A stretch of 64,000 nt of DNA from a virus. Under the pieces are notes generated by a model. That model was given only the letters and a program-made list of their open reading frames with translations, did no database searches and was not told where the DNA came from. Position 1 is the first letter of the stretch, and every line of letters begins with the position of its first letter. Positions 60,031-64,000 of this stretch are shown piece after piece. Position numbers and translations under genes: made by a program. The DNA lies in the IMG/VR virus record IMGVR_UViG_3300044699_000112, positions 10,234 through 74,233 of that record; one strand, given 5' to 3'.

Positions 60031-60315
60031 CTACGCCATCTCCTCGGGATCGACGAAGGCGCACAGTGCGCCATCGAAGTACCGGCGCCGCTCCTCGGGC
60101 GTCTGATCGTGCCAGCCGCTGGCCGCCCTTTGCGCTGGATGCTCCATCGCGTAAGGCCGCCTCGCACTCCAGCGAGTAGAGGCCCGTCCAGGACCACTCG
60201 CGCTTGAACTCCGGCCCACGCCCGCAGCGTCGCCATCGCGGCCTGTGACCGCCGCCACTGCTCGGGAGGCATCGCCTCCATCACCTTGCGCCAAATCGCC
60301 CGTTTCCATTGCCAT
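60031..60315 (-). CDS. Single-gene cassette, hypothetical (indels)
   Basis: ATG after A6; stop abuts A5. Confidence 0.5.
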   Translation of the reverse strand: MAMETGDLAQGDGGDASRAVAAVTGRDGDAAGVGRSSSASGPGRASTRWSARRPYAMEHPAQRAASGWHDQTPEERRRYFDGALCAFVDPEEMA

Positions 60316-60319
60316 ACCT

Positions 60320-60382
60320 TCACCTCGTGGGAAATGTCCCAGGGCGTGCTCTGCCTCCAGAGCACGGCCCGCGATGCTTCCC
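60320..60382 (-). repeat. Structured intergenic element type A, copy 6
   Basis: GGGAAGCATCGCGGGC-CGTGCTCTG..CAGAGCACG-CCCTGGGACATTTCCCACGAGGTGA. Confidence 0.9.
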
Positions 60383-60384
60383 GC

Positions 60385-60712
60385 CTACGCCAGCCGCCGA
60401 TACTTCGAGCTCGGCCGCCTCTACCGCCCGCCGCGCCGCAAATCACCTGGCGGTTAGTGCCCCACCTTCAACGCGAGGTCTCTCGGCGGTGTCCTCGGTG
60501 GTCACCACCTGATACCATGCGTATCCCGTGGGCTTGGCCTGCCCTTCCCGGTGCTCTACCTCAGTACGGCTCGCCGGGTGGATTGCACGGGTCGCACACC
60601 CACCAGAACGGCGTGAACGCCGCCCCCCACCACCGGCTCGTCGCCCCTGGTTCACCACCAGCCGGTATCCGCCTTCGGCTGCCCATGAGCCGTCGCAGAT
60701 CGTGTATGCCAT
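60385..60712 (-). CDS. Single-gene cassette, hypothetical (indels)
   Basis: ATG after A7; TAG at 60385-60387 abuts A6. Confidence 0.45.
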
Positions 60713-60722
60713 GTCTTCTCTC

Positions 60723-60782
60723 TCACCTCGTGGGAAATGTCCCAGGAGAAGGGCTCAGCGGAGCCCCTCCCTGCGATGCTTC
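60723..60782 (-). repeat. Structured intergenic element type A, copy 7
   Basis: GAAGCATCGCAGGGAG-GGGCTC..GAGCCC-TTCTCCTGGGACATTTCCCACGAGGTGA. Confidence 0.9.
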
Positions 60783-61418
60783 TACGCCTTCGCCCTGGCA
60801 GATCTCCGCCGGTCGATCGCGTCTCTCCATCCGATCGAGCTCCACCGCCGCCCCAGGCCTCCCTCGACCGCGGCATCCACCACCACCGGCTTCGTCCGTC
60901 ACCCGGCGTCGCCCAGGAGCGCCCGCACGTCCCGGGTCAAGCTCGGCGTTGCGCAGCCAACTCGGCCGCTTGGCCCGCTCTTTCACCAGCCTGCGCGCCG
61001 TGCTTGATGCCCGCCGCCTTCGCCCTTCGCCGTCCCAGTCCTTCACGTCCAGGCTGATCTCGGCCCAGTACTCGTGGCAGTCCGATCCCCGCCCGCTGCC
61101 AGCCGAGCGTCCCAGGGCTCGTCACCTGCTGCTTGCGCAGATCTCCGGCGGGTTCAACGAACGTGTCATCACGCCCAGAAACCCGTGCGCCTCGAAGTAC
61201 CCATCACGATCGCCTTGCCGATCGAGTTCTATCTCGATCACGGATCGCCTCGCCTACCGCGGGACCCGGGAACAGCGCGCTCCACAAGAGCTCCTCGCCG
61301 CCGCTCGTTCCGGTACCTGCGGAACGTCTGGCCCTCGATCCGTACCGTGCCATCAGCCACCGGCACGCGGTAATAAAGAACCGCTCACGGCATGTTCTTT
61401 CGTCGTTGTCTCAGTCAT
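60782..61418 (-). CDS. Cassette gene, hypothetical (multiple indels)
   Basis: ATG 61418 after A8; TAG at 60782-60784 abuts A7. Confidence 0.4.
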
Positions 61419-61423
61419 GTCTT

Positions 61424-61483
61424 TCACCTCGGGAATATGTCCCAGCGAAGGCACTCCAAACGAGTGCCCACGCCGCGCATGCT
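61424..61483 (-). repeat. Structured intergenic element type A, copy 8 (divergent)
   Basis: AGCATGCGCGGCG-TG-GGCACTC..GAGTGCC-TT-CGCTGGGACATATTCCCGAGGTGA. Confidence 0.8.
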
Positions 61484-61794
61484 GTGCCCACTCCCTAGCA
61501 GGTCTCGCCGTTCCGCCATCCGGGGCTCCCGGCCAGGGGTCGACCTCGCCCGCCGCCGCCGGGCAGCAGGCTGGCGAACGCCCCCGCCGCGCTTCCACCG
61601 CCCGGTCGACCACCTCGGCCAGATCGTCCGCCGTGATGTAGTCAATCCCGTCGCCCAGCACGTCCAGCGATCCACTGCGCCCGTCCACCGCCCGCACACC
61701 GCCGCTCGACGTCAATCTCCCAGCCCGTCCCCTGGCGCTCACTACGGACGTAGCCGCCCTCGATACTCACTCACTTGCCTCATGGCCATCAACC

Positions 61795-61860
61795 TCACCT
61801 CAGGGAAATGTCCCAGGAGTCGCTCAGGCCGCAGCCTGAGCCCTCCCTGCGATGCTTCCC
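61795..61860 (-). repeat. Structured intergenic element type A, copy 9
   Basis: GGGAAGCATCGCAGGGAGG-GCTCAGGC..GCCTGAGC-GACTCCTGGGACATTTCCCTGAGGTGA. Confidence 0.9.
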
Positions 61861-62161
61861 GCTTACTCCGCCTCCTCCAGCCCGCCGCCGCCGCACCTCG
61901 GCCGCGTGCCAGTTGTACCCGCCGCCCGCGCCTCCGCCACCGCGTCCGCCTCCACCCACTCGGCCCCGATCACACTCGGGTAACCACTCGCCTACCCACT
62001 CGGCCCCGTCCAGCCGCACCGTCACACGCCCCGTCGACCCGGCGTGCCGCGGCTCCTGCCAGCCGAGCAGCGCCCCAATCTCGCCGCGGAACGTCTCAAC
62101 CCGCCTGCCCGATCACCAGCGGCACGCCCCGATGTACTCACCAGCACCATCTTCGCCATGA

Positions 62162-62450
62162 CTACTTCCCTCCCTTCGCGCCGCCAGCGGCCGTCTTTCT
62201 TCGCCAGGCGCCCGTTGCCCTTGGCAGCCGTCACGCCCTCGCACTCCGAGTCCGTTCCGCACTGCTTCCAGCACCGCAGACATTCCCGCAAACCGTGCTT
62301 CACCGCCTCGGCCCGCTCCGCACTCAGCTTGTGGCCCGCCCTGCTGCTGCAGGTAGCCGTCTTGTGGAACACCTTCGAGCTCTGCCCAAAGTGCACCGTC
62401 TCCGCCATCATCGCCGCCGCCATCAGCAGCCCTGCCATCAACGTCTTCAT
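62162..62450 (-). CDS. Exported small protein with Ada-like zinc motif and CxTDSECE motif
   Basis: Signal peptide MKTLMAGLLMAAAMMA; FH...C...EA..HGLRECLRC; CGTDSECE; end reconstructed across an indel. Confidence 0.6.
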
Positions 62451-62472
62451 CGTCCTTTCACCTCGTCTCGTG

Positions 62473-62720
62473 TCTTCACTCGAACGCCGGGCAACCTCCT
62501 GCCACCTCACCGCTGCGGTTGTGGGTGATACACCCTCCGCCTCGGCTTCCTTGCCCGCGCTCTCAGTGGGGATTGTCTATCCCAACAGTGCAGGCCTCCT
62601 CGAAAGAGAAGGCCCCCCGCTGTGATATCCGGGCAGCCGTCTAATCGGGCCGCCCAGCTATCCCCTTGTCTCGTTTTCCCGCTCGGCCTTACACCCAGGC
62701 TCGTGATCACCAAGTGCCGT
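62473..62720 (-). ncRNA. Candidate structured 5' leader of the cassette operon
   Basis: Several nested hairpins; ends at the same ACGAGACGAGGTGAAA string as the 58.4 kb structure. Confidence 0.4.
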
Positions 62721-63037
62721 GGTCTCGCCTCGCATTCAGATTGTCAATCCGGTCCGGGCCGCCCTTGCAGTTCCCTTCCGGCTTCCCCGGCGCCTTTTTG
62801 CCCGCCGCCGCTTTCTGAGCGGTAAGTGGTACAGATGGCAACCGAGGCCGCTTGGTTACAGCAATTTTCAATTTAATTGAAAAGAATTTTAAGTGGTAAT
62901 CGTGTCAGATACTTGGCGCAAAGACTTTGTGACGCAAAGCGTTCCGCTGGGACTCGTAAATCGTTTTGCCCAAGAACCGCTCCGGCCCGCCGAGCTCGCC
63001 TGGCGCCGCCCCCCGCCGCTGCGCTACCCTCAGCCCA

Positions 63038-63890
63038 ATGGCTTCATCAGCTTTCCACCGGCCCCGGCCCCGGCCTCCCTCCTCGATCCCCAGGCCCCCG
63101 CTGCCTCTCCTGCTCCATCCGGACCGCGACCGCCTCGACGCCCTTGTCGTCGCCGCGCGAGCGTACCTTCGACTCACTCAGCGAAGAATTCGGAATCGCT
63201 GCCTCTTCGATTCATCGACATGCCAAAGTCTGCCTTCCCGTAAGACTCGTTCAAACCCCAGGGCAGCCCCCCTCGATGAGGGCTCAGAGAGCTCCTCATC
63301 ACGGCGTCAGCGAACCGCCTGCGGCGCATCCAGGCCAGGCGATTCAGCTTGAGGAGGTCCGCTCCGATCGGGCCGCGGCAGCGGACCCGGCGGTCCCCGG
63401 CGATCGCACCGGGCTGCTGGTGAAGCGGTACCGCTCGATCAGGACAGGGCCGAAGGAGTGGCGCGAGGTGATCGATGCGGAGCTCGACACCGGCTGCTGG
63501 CGGAAGGAGCGAGCCCTGGAGGAGGCCGCGGCGAAGGAGACCGGTGAGTGGCTCGCGCAAACACGGTAGAGGTGCCTTCGGAGTGGACGGCAGCAGCGGC
63601 CGGGGGCCGCTGGTGGTGGTGCTGAGCTCCGGGCTGCAGCCGCTGCCGGGCCCGGCCCGGGCGCCGCCCGCCACCGATCACCGATCCGCGGCGCCTCCGG
63701 CCCGCCACGGCGGCCGAGGCGGAGGCAGCGGGGGCAATCCCCCTCTCCCTGGTCGACGTGGAGCAACAACCGGACTACGTCGTTGCTGTGGAGGATACCC
63801 GAGAAACGAGCATTGTCAGGTGTGGTGGAGGGCCTCGACCTCGACGAGGTCGCTGACCTCGACGACGTCGACGCCTCATCCTAGGCTCGA
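63038..63890 (+). CDS. Terminase small subunit-like HTH protein (heavily frameshifted)
   Basis: C..C.HPDR..LD...SLSEEFGIAASSIHRH..C and TGLLV...DT...ER.LE..AA.E.GEW segments in different frames; boundaries approximate. Confidence 0.45.
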
Positions 63891-64000
63891 GCCAGGGCTC
63901 GAGCCGTTAGCCCTCGTCTACGTCTGCGACGTAGCCTCGTGGCATGGGGTACCCCTACCCATGCCACGCTTCGCGCGGGTCCCCCGCCTGTCCGCCCGAG

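Noticed and set aside
54007-61860. Repeat array as a CRISPR array
   Set aside because: The intervening segments are ~0.3-1.1 kb of coding sequence, the repeat centres vary, and no cas genes are present.
54007-61860. Elements as canonical attC sites, hammerhead ribozymes or intrinsic terminators
   Set aside because: There are no RYYYAAC/GTTRRRY ends; GAAA...CTGCGATG on the + strand lacks the CUGANGA core and stem III; no U-tract follows the hairpins.
1-64000. tRNA/rRNA genes and a host assignment
   Set aside because: No cloverleaf with T-loop and CCA was recognised by eye; nothing in the sequence identifies the host reliably.

Overview
The window is nearly the whole genome of a high-GC tailed dsDNA phage with podovirus-like architecture. 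A small-terminase-like gene lies at the end of the window and the C-terminus of the large terminase at the start, which suggests a circularly permuted genome slightly larger than 64 kb. Order on the + strand: terminase, portal, scaffold, major capsid, head-tail/tail-tube genes, a beta-helix tailspike/fibre, four ejection-type internal proteins (one of 3078 aa, polyvalent), a head-spike/collagen fibre module, an HNH gene (- strand), and a recombination/replication block (HTH, SbcC-like ATPase, ASCH, two PD-(D/E)XK nucleases, an initiator with internal iterons, DnaB). Small accessory genes follow, including a tyrosine recombinase and a YycJ-like MBL hydrolase. The most striking signal is the leftward accessory region at ~53.2-62.7 kb. 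There, 12 copies of a 60-75 nt structured intergenic element (9 of type A, AAGCRTCGCR-variable hairpin-YGGGAnATwTCCC-GAGGTGA; 3 of type B) each sit between a stop codon and the next ribosome-binding site, dividing the region into gene cassettes. One cassette slot holds a compact ~160-nt RNA-like fold with two predicted pseudoknots. Many single-base frameshifts, often at short homopolymers and in essential genes, indicate indel errors in the assembly, so several gene boundaries are reconstructed. All protein assignments come from motif recognition and synteny, not from database searches.
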